Below, piece after piece: positions 8,370 to 16,442 of a stretch of 40,644 nt of DNA. Source of the DNA: a virus (lineage: Duplodnaviria; Heunggongvirae; Uroviricota; Caudoviricetes); the IMG/VR virus record IMGVR_UViG_2561511241_000001, positions 1 through 40,644 of that record. The stretch is one strand, 5' to 3'. How positions within the stretch are numbered: position 1 is the first letter of the stretch; each line of letters starts with the position of its first letter. Both the position numbers and the translations under genes were made by a program. Under the pieces are notes generated by a model. That model had not been told where the DNA came from and made no database searches. It was given only the letters and a program-made list of their open reading frames with translations.

Positions 8370-8858
8370 ATGAGTCTTTTGAATGAAGTTCAGAAATTCA
8401 TTGAAGCCCATCCGGGGTGTACTTCCGGAGACATTGCGGATGCTTTTGCAGGTTACTCACGGCAGCGCGTTCTGCAGTCAGCAAGCAAGTTACGTCATAG
8501 TGGGCGTGTGGCTCACCGTTGTGAAGGGGATACACGCAGACATTTCCCGCGCCAGACAAAGATATCGCCGGAGGCGGAACGGCAACCAGTTCGTGAAACC
8601 AGACCTGTGCGCAATTTCTATGTCGGCACTAACGACCCGCGGGTGATTTTGTGCCTGGCCCGCCAGGCGGAAGAACTGGAGTCCAGGGGCTTATTTCGTC
8701 GTGCTGCAACCGTGTGGATGGCGGCATTCCGTGAAAGCCACTCCCAGCTAGAACGAAACAATTTTCTGGCGCGTCGTGAGCGGTGCTTACGGAAAAGCAG
8801 CAAGCGCGCTGCATCGGGTGAAGAGTGGTATCTGTCAGGGAATTACGTGGGGGCTTAA
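8370..8858 (+). CDS. PerC-like transcriptional regulator
   Basis: C-terminal GLFRRAATVWMAAFRESHSQLERNNFLARRERC resembles the PerC family; N-terminal wHTH-like; ATG at 8370 with G-rich RBS. Confidence 0.5.
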   Translation: MSLLNEVQKFIEAHPGCTSGDIADAFAGYSRQRVLQSASKLRHSGRVAHRCEGDTRRHFPRQTKISPEAERQPVRETRPVRNFYVGTNDPRVILCLARQAEELESRGLFRRAATVWMAAFRESHSQLERNNFLARRERCLRKSSKRAASGEEWYLSGNYVGA

Positions 8859-9184
8859 TGACGACGTTAACTCAATGCCAGCAGCAGGTGCTGGATATGC
8901 TGATTTCTTATCAGAAAGAACGTGGCTTCCCGCCAACCAATCAGGAGGTGGCAACCATGCTGGGATACCGTTCGGTGAATGCAGCGGTGGAGCATCTTCG
9001 TGCGCTGGAGAAAAAAGGCGTCATCACGATAAAGCGTGGCGTGGCCCGGGGGATAACGCTTCATACCGCGGTGAAGGACGACGACAGCGAGGCGGTCGGG
9101 ATTATCCGCTCACTGCTTGCCGGTGAGGAAAACGCCAGGCTGCGTGCAGCCCACTGGTTACATGAGAGGGGCCTGAAAGTATGA
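8858..9184 (+). CDS. LexA N-terminal DNA-binding domain protein (no peptidase domain)
   Basis: MTTLTQCQQQVLDMLISYQKERGFPPTNQEVATMLGYRSVNAAVEHLRALEKKGVI matches the LexA winged-HTH (LexA_DNA_bind) pattern; only 108 aa, so it lacks the S24 domain; TAATG coupling to the upstream gene. Confidence 0.55.
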   Translation: MTTLTQCQQQVLDMLISYQKERGFPPTNQEVATMLGYRSVNAAVEHLRALEKKGVITIKRGVARGITLHTAVKDDDSEAVGIIRSLLAGEENARLRAAHWLHERGLKV

Positions 9185-9570
9185 AGCTTATTCTGCCTTT
9201 TCCGCCCAGCGTCAACACGTACTGGCGACACCCCAACAAAGGGGCGTTTGCTGGTAAGAGCCTGATAAGCGCGGCGGGGCGAAAATTCCAGAGCGCGGCG
9301 TGCGCAGCAATAGTTGAGCAGTTACGTCGTCTGCCGAAACCAACGTCGGCACCTGCTGCAGTGGAGATCGTGTTGTTTCCACCGGATAACCGGATCCGCG
9401 ATCTGGACAACTATAACAAGGCGCTGTTTGACGCCCTGACCCACGCGGGTGTGTGGGAAGACGACAGTCAGGTGAAAAGAATGCTGGTGGAGTGGGGACC
9501 GGTTGTCCCGGAAGGGAAGGTCGAGATCACTATCAGTAAGTACGAGAAAACGGCGGGTGCAGCCGCCTGA
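9181..9570 (+). CDS. rusA: Holliday junction resolvase RusA
   Basis: LPFPPSVNTYWRH...RDLDNYNKALFDALTHAGVWEDDSQV matches RusA family motifs; nin-region position. Confidence 0.85.
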   Translation: MKLILPFPPSVNTYWRHPNKGAFAGKSLISAAGRKFQSAACAAIVEQLRRLPKPTSAPAAVEIVLFPPDNRIRDLDNYNKALFDALTHAGVWEDDSQVKRMLVEWGPVVPEGKVEITISKYEKTAGAAA

Positions 9571-9589
9571 TTAAGAGGAGAAACGAAGT

Positions 9590-10387
9590 ATGAATAATCT
9601 GATGGTCATTGATGGTATTGAAGTTCGTCGTGATGCTTATGGGCGTTACAGCCTGAACGATCTGCACAGGGCTGCCGGTTCTCTGGATAAGCATAAGCCT
9701 GCATACTGGCTCCGCAATGAGCAAACTGAACGTTTAATAAGCGAGTTGCAGATTTGCAACTCGGTCAATATAGAGCCAGTTAACGTTATTCGTGGCGGAA
9801 ATAACCAGGGGACGTATGTCTGCAAAGAACTGGTGTATGCCTATGCAATGTGGATCAGCCCGTCATTCCATCTGAAGGTGATCCGTACTTTCGATATGGT
9901 AACCAGCACACCGGAAAAATTATCCGGGCAGGCTGCTGACAAGATGCAGGCTGGCGTGATCCTGCTGGACTTTATGCGCCGGGAATTAAACCTGTCTAAC
10001 TCATCAGTGCTTGGAGCCTGTCAGAAGCTTCAGGAGGCTGTTGGCTTACCGAATCTGGCACCGCGCTATGCCATTGATGCTCCTGCTGACGCGCCTGATG
10101 GCTCAAGTCGCCCGACACTGTCACTGAGTGCACTGCTGAAACAGTATGGTATCCGCCTTACGGCTAATCAGGCATATCACCAGATGGCGAAGCTGGGGAT
10201 CGTCGAACAGCGCGAACGATACAGCCGTACAGCGATTAACAACATCAAAAAATTCTGGTCGCTAACGGCGAAAGGCTGCATGTTCGGTAAGAACATCACC
10301 AGTCCAGCAAATCCGCGCGAGACGCAGCCGCACTTCTTCGAATCCCGATTCCCTGAGCTGTTAAAGCTGCTCGATACCGTTCATTGA
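9590..10387 (+). CDS. KilA-N domain protein
   Basis: N-terminus MVIDGIEVRRDAYGRYSLNDLHRAAGSLDKHKPAYWLRNEQTERLISEL is the KilA-N pattern. Confidence 0.65.
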   Translation: MNNLMVIDGIEVRRDAYGRYSLNDLHRAAGSLDKHKPAYWLRNEQTERLISELQICNSVNIEPVNVIRGGNNQGTYVCKELVYAYAMWISPSFHLKVIRTFDMVTSTPEKLSGQAADKMQAGVILLDFMRRELNLSNSSVLGACQKLQEAVGLPNLAPRYAIDAPADAPDGSSRPTLSLSALLKQYGIRLTANQAYHQMAKLGIVEQRERYSRTAINNIKKFWSLTAKGCMFGKNITSPANPRETQPHFFESRFPELLKLLDTVH

Positions 10388-10388
10388 G

Positions 10389-11384
10389 GTGACCGTGAGA
10401 GCACTACTGACACCTGAAATTGCCCCGCGTATGGGGATCGTATTGTTCAGGCCCGGTTCGGAGCTGATGCCCCTGTTTATGCAGGGACGTGTCCTGCTGG
10501 AGCCTGAGCCGGAGCGTTATTCATCTTTTGCCAGTGGAGCCGTTCCCGCGGCATCACAACCGCTGGCGGATGATCCTGCCGTTCGGGCCGTGTTCCGCAA
10601 TGAGGCAGTGATCCGTCGTGCTGGTGGCGTGGAATGTCTTGAAAGCTGGTTACTTCGTGAAAAGGGCTGTCAGTGGCCTCATTCCGACTGGCACAGCGAG
10701 AACATGACCACAATGCGGCACGCTCCGGGAGCAATTCGTCTGTGCTGGCACTGCGATAACCAGCTGCGCGATCAGTTCACGGAACGGCTGGAATCAATGG
10801 CAACGGATAACTGTGCCCGCTGGGTGTTATCTGTTGTGCGCCGTGATCTCGGTTTTGATGATAGCCACGTTGTGACAATGCCGGAACTGTGCTGGTGGCT
10901 GGTTCGTAATGACCTGGCGGATACCTTACCGGAAAGTGCAGCCCGTAAGGCACTGAGATTACCGAAGCCTGTTGTGCCGTCTGTCACCCGGGAGAGTGAC
11001 CTTGTGCCTTCGGTTCCTGCCACCAGCATCATCCAGGATAAAGCGAAAAAGGTGCTGGAGCTGAAAGTGGATCCGGAGTCGCCGGAGTCTTTTATGTTAC
11101 GCCCAAAACGTCGCCGCTGGGTTAACGAAAAGTACACGCGCTGGGTTAAGACGCAGCCGTGCGCATGTTGTGGAAAGCCTGCTGATGATCCCCACCACCT
11201 GATAGGTCACGGTCAGGGTGGAATGGGTACAAAAGCGCATGACCTCTTTGTGTTGCCTTTGTGCAGAAAGCATCACGACGAGCTGCATGCGGATACCGTG
11301 GCATTTGAAGAGATGTATGGCTCCCAGCTGGAGCTGATATTTCGTTTTATCGATCGTGCGTTGGCAATTGGTGTGCTGGCCTGA
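10389..11384 (+). CDS. DUF968-like phage protein with C-terminal HNH-like zinc-binding motif
   Basis: 331 aa; C-terminal CACCGKPADDPHHLIGHG...LCRKHHDELH; size and position fit the DUF968 family of lambdoid nin regions. Confidence 0.5.
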   Translation: MTVRALLTPEIAPRMGIVLFRPGSELMPLFMQGRVLLEPEPERYSSFASGAVPAASQPLADDPAVRAVFRNEAVIRRAGGVECLESWLLREKGCQWPHSDWHSENMTTMRHAPGAIRLCWHCDNQLRDQFTERLESMATDNCARWVLSVVRRDLGFDDSHVVTMPELCWWLVRNDLADTLPESAARKALRLPKPVVPSVTRESDLVPSVPATSIIQDKAKKVLELKVDPESPESFMLRPKRRRWVNEKYTRWVKTQPCACCGKPADDPHHLIGHGQGGMGTKAHDLFVLPLCRKHHDELHADTVAFEEMYGSQLELIFRFIDRALAIGVLA

Positions 11385-11401
11385 TTTTGTGGAGAAGGTT
11401 G

Positions 11402-11755
11402 ATGCGTGATATGTATGAAGTTTTGGACCGCTGGGGAGCATGGGCGGCAGCAGATAACAGTGGTGTGGACTGGCAACCGATAGCTGCAGGCTTCAAGGGG
11501 CTTTTACCTCATGGCAAAAAGTCTCGCCTCCAGTGCGAGGATGATGAAGGAATTATAATTGATGGATGTGTAGCCAGGTTGCGTAAATATAAGTCAGAAG
11601 ATTACGAGCTGATAATCGCCCACTTTGTTATTGGAATTTCGCTCCGTACAATTGCAAAGAAGCGGAAATGTTCTGATGGTACTTTACGTAAAGAATTGAT
11701 TGGCGCTATAGCTTTCATTGAAGGGGTAATGTCAATGATTAAATTTTCTGATTAG
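11402..11755 (+). CDS. late-gene antiterminator Q-like protein
   Basis: MRDMYEVLDRWGAWAAADNSGVDWQPIAAGFKGLLP...QCEDDEGIIIDGCVARL matches my recollection of the short Q antiterminator family; GGAGAAGG RBS; last gene before the lysis region. Confidence 0.65.
   Translation: MRDMYEVLDRWGAWAAADNSGVDWQPIAAGFKGLLPHGKKSRLQCEDDEGIIIDGCVARLRKYKSEDYELIIAHFVIGISLRTIAKKRKCSDGTLRKELIGAIAFIEGVMSMIKFSD
11718..11745 (+). promoter_or_regulatory. candidate late promoter (pR'-like)
   Basis: TTGAAG (11718-11723), 16 bp spacer, TAAATT (11740-11745) overlapping the 3' end of Q; the -10 is identical to the lambda pR' -10 from recall. Alternative pR' location upstream of 13290 not excluded. Confidence 0.3.
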
Positions 11756-11760
11756 ATAAA

Positions 11761-11782
11761 AAGGGCGGGGGTTCCCGCCCTT
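11761..11782 (-). terminator. rho-independent terminator of the TIR-caspase operon
   Basis: AAGGGCGGG-GGTT-CCCGCCCTT (9 bp GC-rich stem) followed on the minus strand by TTTTTATCT, 4 nt after the caspase stop. Confidence 0.55.
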
Positions 11783-11785
11783 AAT

Positions 11786-12751
11786 TCAGAATCGCCCTTT
11801 TATTGCTAAATTACGATAATAAACACCTAATGCAGTAAGTCGGCATCCAGTTGAATTTATCGCAGCATAGTACATATGTTCAGTATCAACCGGCTCAACC
11901 AGTCCGTGGCGGTTACATTTTTGTAGATTTTGAAAAATTGATACATTTTCATCAATCGGTGATTCGGAAGTTGGTTCAAAGCTAGGATCTAAATGGAATA
12001 CATGTGTAGCTGTTGGGAACCATACGGGCAATTTGCGAAGAGTATCCAAAGACACTCTTGGTCCTACCTCTCTCAGAACAACAAATCGAGAAACATTTGT
12101 TTTAAAGACTGGGCGCTGATCCCACGCCCCCAATGCTTGATCCACAAAGCTATACAGACTACTTGGAGTAATATAACCTAATATATTAGCTCCTGCGCCA
12201 TACAAAGCTTCGACCATTAATGAAGTAAATACTCCACCATCATTAACTTCTTTGGCATACTCATCTCGTCTACATGCAGTAAGGATGGTAGAGCCATCTG
12301 CAAGTACAGTTTCTCCTCCTTTTAGCATTCTTTCCTGGCCAGCGGCCCCAGCCTGACAGCAGTCGAGAATAATAATTTTATTGCGTATGTTAGTTGCTTT
12401 ATTAGCCCAAACCATAACATCACTTATTCTTATGCCATTACTTGATCTTGGCGAAAAGTCATGTGGAATCAACATTCCTTCATCAATGTTATTATCAAAA
12501 TATCCATGTCCAGCAAAGTAAAATAATGCAACATCACACTCTCCAGAAAAAAGATTCTGAATTTCATATTCAAGGAAATCTTTGTTGAGGGGGGTTGCAC
12601 TACAGTGTGTAAGTGTTCTAGCCTCGAAATTAGGCCTCCCATCGGCGTGTCTAGATAATGCTTCTGCCATTTTTGCAGCATCATTTTCACATCCGCTGAG
12701 AGCATCTAATTCAGCATACTCATTGATCCCAATAAATAGTGCTTTTTTCAT
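11786..12751 (-). CDS. caspase-like cysteine protease (peptidase C14/CHAT-like) with ~100 aa C-terminal extension
   Basis: 321 aa from MKKALFIGINEY (AGGAG RBS 7 nt upstream, overlapping the TIR gene stop); caspase-fold signatures ALFIGINEYA, FYFAGHGY (His82) and IIILDCCQAG (Cys131/132); visibly AT-rich. Confidence 0.75.
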   Translation of the reverse strand: MKKALFIGINEYAELDALSGCENDAAKMAEALSRHADGRPNFEARTLTHCSATPLNKDFLEYEIQNLFSGECDVALFYFAGHGYFDNNIDEGMLIPHDFSPRSSNGIRISDVMVWANKATNIRNKIIILDCCQAGAAGQERMLKGGETVLADGSTILTACRRDEYAKEVNDGGVFTSLMVEALYGAGANILGYITPSSLYSFVDQALGAWDQRPVFKTNVSRFVVLREVGPRVSLDTLRKLPVWFPTATHVFHLDPSFEPTSESPIDENVSIFQNLQKCNRHGLVEPVDTEHMYYAAINSTGCRLTALGVYYRNLAIKGRF

Positions 12752-12761
12752 ATGGAAGCTC

Positions 12762-13163
12762 CTAAGCCAGCTCACGAATGGCAGAAACGATGCTTTCTGT
12801 ATTCCACTTGACGATTTTGTGAGCGGCTTGCTTAACTTTCATAGACGTACGCTCGGAGCCCCAAGGCTCAATGGCAATAATTGGCTTTCTATATTCTTGA
12901 GCTATTCGGATCTCTGCATCAATCCATTTGCTGTAGCTGGCATATACACCAGCCAAAATAATTACAACACTTGATGGTGCCATTTGTGATCTTATAGCAG
13001 AGTAAAGTGCAAAATCATCTTGGGCACCAATTATTGGATCAACTCTGGGTACCGAGTAGTTCTTAAAGTTGAAATACCCACGATTCTTGAGAAGAGCCAC
13101 AAGCTGTTCATAAGTGTTTGAATATTTCCAAGAGTGACTAATAAATAGATTAAAAGTTCTCAT
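12762..13163 (-). CDS. TIR-like domain protein (ThsB/DUF1863-like)
   Basis: 133 aa; N-terminal FNLFISHSWKYS (TIR-like beta-A motif), WIDAE (W80-x3-E84, candidate catalytic Glu); GGAGAG RBS; first gene of a two-gene operon with the caspase-like gene. Confidence 0.7.
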   Translation of the reverse strand: MRTFNLFISHSWKYSNTYEQLVALLKNRGYFNFKNYSVPRVDPIIGAQDDFALYSAIRSQMAPSSVVIILAGVYASYSKWIDAEIRIAQEYRKPIIAIEPWGSERTSMKVKQAAHKIVKWNTESIVSAIRELA

Positions 13164-13289
13164 AAACTCTCCATTTTAAGGAAGTGAAGTAAGTACATTC
13201 TTCTCTTAGAAATAAAAATATCAAATCTATTCACGCGTACGCAAAAAGTATTGTATCGTATTAAGAGTGGTTAGTTCGCCACACAGCTT

Positions 13290-13313
13290 AAAACCCGCCG
13301 TCGAGCGGGTTTT
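13290..13313. terminator. symmetric hairpin terminator (candidate tR'-like / insulator)
   Basis: AAAACCCGC-CGTCGA-GCGGGTTTT, a perfect inverted repeat flanked by an A-run and a T-run, between the TIR gene start and the holin. Confidence 0.4.
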
Positions 13314-13464
13314 GTCGTTTCTGGATCCGGCTATTTGTTGAGCTTGGTCTATACCGCAGTTATCCATTGGCTCGGCTTCTTTTACGTTTCCGCTTCTGAT
13401 TTGCGGTTCGTGGTACACCCTCAATTTGCACCTCCTTTATCGGCGAGGTGAGAGATAACTACAA

Positions 13465-13791
13465 ATGCCTCATAACCCAAATACCTGGCTGGAGTTGGTA
13501 CAGAGCTGGTGGCGTGGAGACACACCACTGGGCGCAGTAATTATGTCGATCGTTATGGCTGGTTTACGTATTGCCTATTTTGGTGGCGGTGGCGGCTGGA
13601 AGCGAAAAACGCTCGAGATTTTGCTCTGTGGCGCTCTGACACTGACCTTTGCATCCGCGCTTGAGTATGTCGGATGGCCTAAATCACTTTCTGTTGCTAT
13701 TGGTGGTGGGGTGGGGCTGATCGGGGTCGATGCTATTCGTGGTGCGGCAATGAGAGTAATCGGTAACAAGTTTGGTAGCTCGAAGGAGTAA
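13465..13791 (+). CDS. holin
   Basis: 108 aa with three hydrophobic helices and a charged C-terminus, immediately upstream of the endolysin. Confidence 0.65.
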   Translation: MPHNPNTWLELVQSWWRGDTPLGAVIMSIVMAGLRIAYFGGGGGWKRKTLEILLCGALTLTFASALEYVGWPKSLSVAIGGGVGLIGVDAIRGAAMRVIGNKFGSSKE

Positions 13792-13794
13792 TTT

Positions 13795-14271
13795 ATGCAG
13801 GAACTAAATCCTCAGCGTAAAGCTTTCCTTGATATGGTGGCCTGGTCAGAAGGAACGGATAACGGGCGACAACCGACACGTAACCACGGTTATGATGTTA
13901 TTGTTGGTGGTGAACTGTTCACTGATTACTCCGATCACCCTCGCAAACTTGTCACGCTAAACCCCAAACTCAAATCAACAGCCGCCGGACGTTACCAGCT
14001 TCTTTCACGCTGGTGGGATGCTTACCGTAAACAGCTTGGCCTGAAAGATTTTTCTCCAGAAAGCCAGGACGCTGTAGCTCTGCAGCAGATTAAAGAGCGT
14101 GGCGCTTTACCGATGATTGACCGCGGCAATATTCGTCAGGCAATCGACCGTTGCAGCAATATCTGGGCGTCGTTACCTGGTGCAGGTTACGGTCAGTATG
14201 AACATAAAATCGGTGACCTGATTGCCCGATTTAAAGAGGCTGGTGGGGTGGTAAATGAAGTTGAGCTATAA
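13795..14271 (+). CDS. endolysin, lambda R-type lytic transglycosylase
   Basis: Near-identical by recall to lambda R (QRKAFLDMVAWSEGTDNGRQPTRNHGYDVIVGGELFTDYSDHPRKLVTLNPKLKSTAAGRYQLLSRWWDAYRKQLGLKDFSP...). Confidence 0.9.
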   Translation: MQELNPQRKAFLDMVAWSEGTDNGRQPTRNHGYDVIVGGELFTDYSDHPRKLVTLNPKLKSTAAGRYQLLSRWWDAYRKQLGLKDFSPESQDAVALQQIKERGALPMIDRGNIRQAIDRCSNIWASLPGAGYGQYEHKIGDLIARFKEAGGVVNEVEL

Positions 14272-14635
14272 GCTGGTTATCGCTGCATTCTTCTTTACTG
14301 TCATCGGTTCTTTCATCTGGTCTGCCAACCACTACTACAGCAAATATCAGCACGAAAAGAAACGTGCTGATGAGGCTGTACAAAATGCTGAATCTGCAAC
14401 AGCCATTACCCGTAACGTCCTGCAATCACTGCAAATCGTCAATACAGTTATAGAGGTTAACCAGCATGCAAAACAGCAGATCGCACTGGAGTCACAGAGA
14501 ACCCAGAAAGATATCAAAGTGGCTGTTGCGGATGATGGTTGTGCTGCACGCCTTGTGCCTGCTGCCGCTGCTGAGCGGTTGCGGAAGTACGCGGACAGTT
14601 TACGTGAGCACTCCGGCTACAACATTACCGACTAG
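14255..14635 (+). CDS. i-spanin (Rz-like)
   Basis: 126 aa; N-terminal TM anchor (LVIAAFFFTVIGSFIW) then coiled-coil-like periplasmic domain; overlaps endolysin stop; contains the Rz1 start in another frame. Confidence 0.7.
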   Translation: MKLSYKLVIAAFFFTVIGSFIWSANHYYSKYQHEKKRADEAVQNAESATAITRNVLQSLQIVNTVIEVNQHAKQQIALESQRTQKDIKVAVADDGCAARLVPAAAAERLRKYADSLREHSGYNITD

Positions 14636-14789
14636 TCTGACTTCTGAAACACCTGTACCGTTCATACCAAATCCTCTGACTTATGGTGCCAGCCTGGAGC
14701 TGAATGTGAGTCTGTTGTCTGCACTGGCTAACTGCAATCGGGATAAAGCTGATATTCGTAAAATAGATGCAGAGAGAACTAACCATTAA
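14532..14789 (+). CDS. o-spanin (Rz1-like lipoprotein)
   Basis: MMVVLHALCLLPLLSGCGS with lipobox LSGC, Pro/Thr-rich mature part; starts inside Rz in another frame and extends past its stop. Confidence 0.6.
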   Translation: MMVVLHALCLLPLLSGCGSTRTVYVSTPATTLPTSLTSETPVPFIPNPLTYGASLELNVSLLSALANCNRDKADIRKIDAERTNH

Positions 14790-14810
14790 GCAATAAAATT
14801 GTCAAATTAA

Positions 14811-15437
14811 TCAGTTGTCAAATGAATATACGTTAAAGGTATATGTCGACATAATTTCACCAAGTACCTCAATACATATACTTTTTTTATGAAAGATACT
14901 GGGGAAGGAACTTAGCTCTTCAAGGCATTTCACATAAGTGCTGATATCACTTGCATCACGTTCAAGGAATTTCACTTGGCCAAAAGAAGGAGTATTAATC
15001 CTAGTTCTTTGCTGGATTATATGGATAAAATGTGTAGTTGGTGAAACTATTACTCTTGAAATATCGGAAATGATGTCTTCTTGAACTTGCCGATAAAGTA
15101 AATCCTTTGGGTAATGGTGTTTGATCTCGATGGTTGCAACATTGCCATTATGTTCAGACGTTAATATCGACTGGTTATAAAGTGATATGTCAACAGCGCC
15201 GATACCGAGTTTTGGATGCTCACTTAAAGCAGTTAGTGTGCTGATTTGATTGAGAATAACAACTAACTCATCACGTATTTGAGTTTCATGTTTGCGATTG
15301 TAGAAGTAGCAATTCAGTTCATTTAACTTTTTATGCATCCTATCGTGACTAATTGCTTCGATCAGTAAATCCTGAATCATACTTTTCTCTAGGTAATCCG
15401 AACGGTTGTAAGTGACAGTATTGTGCTGGCATGTCAT
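14811..15437 (-). CDS. hypothetical protein (AT-rich cargo, second gene of two-gene module)
   Basis: 208 aa ORF, visibly AT-rich, opposite strand to flanking phage genes; no family recognised; alternative start at MIQDLL (15380). Confidence 0.5.
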   Translation of the reverse strand: MTCQHNTVTYNRSDYLEKSMIQDLLIEAISHDRMHKKLNELNCYFYNRKHETQIRDELVVILNQISTLTALSEHPKLGIGAVDISLYNQSILTSEHNGNVATIEIKHHYPKDLLYRQVQEDIISDISRVIVSPTTHFIHIIQQRTRINTPSFGQVKFLERDASDISTYVKCLEELSSFPSIFHKKSICIEVLGEIMSTYTFNVYSFDN

Positions 15438-15480
15438 TAGTATGTAAAGGTATTGTGAATGCCAGCAAGATAACGAAGTA

Positions 15481-15816
15481 TCATCGATAGAAAAACTTTA
15501 CGGCCCACTCGTAAACCGCTTTGTAAATCGGTTCATGGTAAATACTATCGATACTATTCAGATGTGCGATCATCGCCTCCACAGTTGTAGTGGTTGTTTC
15601 TAATATTTCGATTATTGCAGGGCGGTCATCATCTTCATCGAAGTATTCGAACAGCAGTACAGGTTTACCATGCCATTCAGCATCTGAGACTCTAAGGTTA
15701 CAACTACCGCTCAACTCAAAGTGAATTTTGTAATTACCTTCTACAGAATGGCCTACGGGGAAAAAGCATAGGGTGTCATCTTTGTTTAAAAGCCATTCCC
15801 ATTCATAACTATTCAT
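15481..15816 (-). CDS. hypothetical protein (AT-rich cargo, first gene of two-gene module)
   Basis: 111 aa from MNSYEWEWL (AGGAG RBS 7 nt upstream); acidic patch FEYFDEDDDRP; no family recognised. Confidence 0.5.
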   Translation of the reverse strand: MNSYEWEWLLNKDDTLCFFPVGHSVEGNYKIHFELSGSCNLRVSDAEWHGKPVLLFEYFDEDDDRPAIIEILETTTTTVEAMIAHLNSIDSIYHEPIYKAVYEWAVKFFYR

Positions 15817-15966
15817 TTGTGAACTCCTGTTCATTGAGTTTCAACAACTATCAACTACATCCAGCGAAGCATAAAAGATCGTTTATGGCAAAACCGGAGT
15901 GGAGTGCGATTCGATTCTGAGAAGGATGCCACGTATCGCACGCGAACCATCCAAGAGGATTATGCA

Positions 15967-16317
15967 ATGCCACCACGAACCCCAAAAGCCTGCCGCGTTC
16001 GCGGCTGCCCCCATACCACCACTGACTCGTCAGGCTATTGCGAAAGCCACAAAAGCGAAGGCTGGAAGCAATACAAGCCAGGCCAGTCCCGTCATCAGCG
16101 CGGCTACGGTTCGAAGTGGGACTGTATCCGCGCGCGTGTCCTGAAGCGTGACAAAGGCCTGTGTCAGTTATGTCTGCGTGCTGGTGTGGTGCGTGAGGCG
16201 AAAACCGTTGACCACATCATCTCTAAAGCGCGTGGCGGCACTGATGCCGACAGTAATCTACAGAGCCTGTGTTGGCCGTGTCATAAGGCGAAGACGGCCC
16301 GTGAATGGCTGAAGTAA
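15967..16317 (+). CDS. HNH endonuclease (terminase-associated)
   Basis: CRVRGCPH...C...H and CQLCLRAG...VDHIISKARGG...NLQSLCWPCH (HNH motif); directly upstream of the terminase small subunit. Confidence 0.8.
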   Translation: MPPRTPKACRVRGCPHTTTDSSGYCESHKSEGWKQYKPGQSRHQRGYGSKWDCIRARVLKRDKGLCQLCLRAGVVREAKTVDHIISKARGGTDADSNLQSLCWPCHKAKTAREWLK

Positions 16318-16442
16318 GAACCAGTTCCCACTGCCAGAGGGGAGGGGCGGGTCAAATCCCTGTGACCTGACGTCTTCCGGACTGCCCGCCCCATCGTTTT
16401 TTTATACCCGCGAAAAATGAAATTTAACCAGGAGTGCCGCAT

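Noticed and set aside
13227-13424. 65 aa minus-strand ORF upstream of the holin
   Set aside because: Overlaps the hairpin and putative promoter region; no RBS; likely non-coding.
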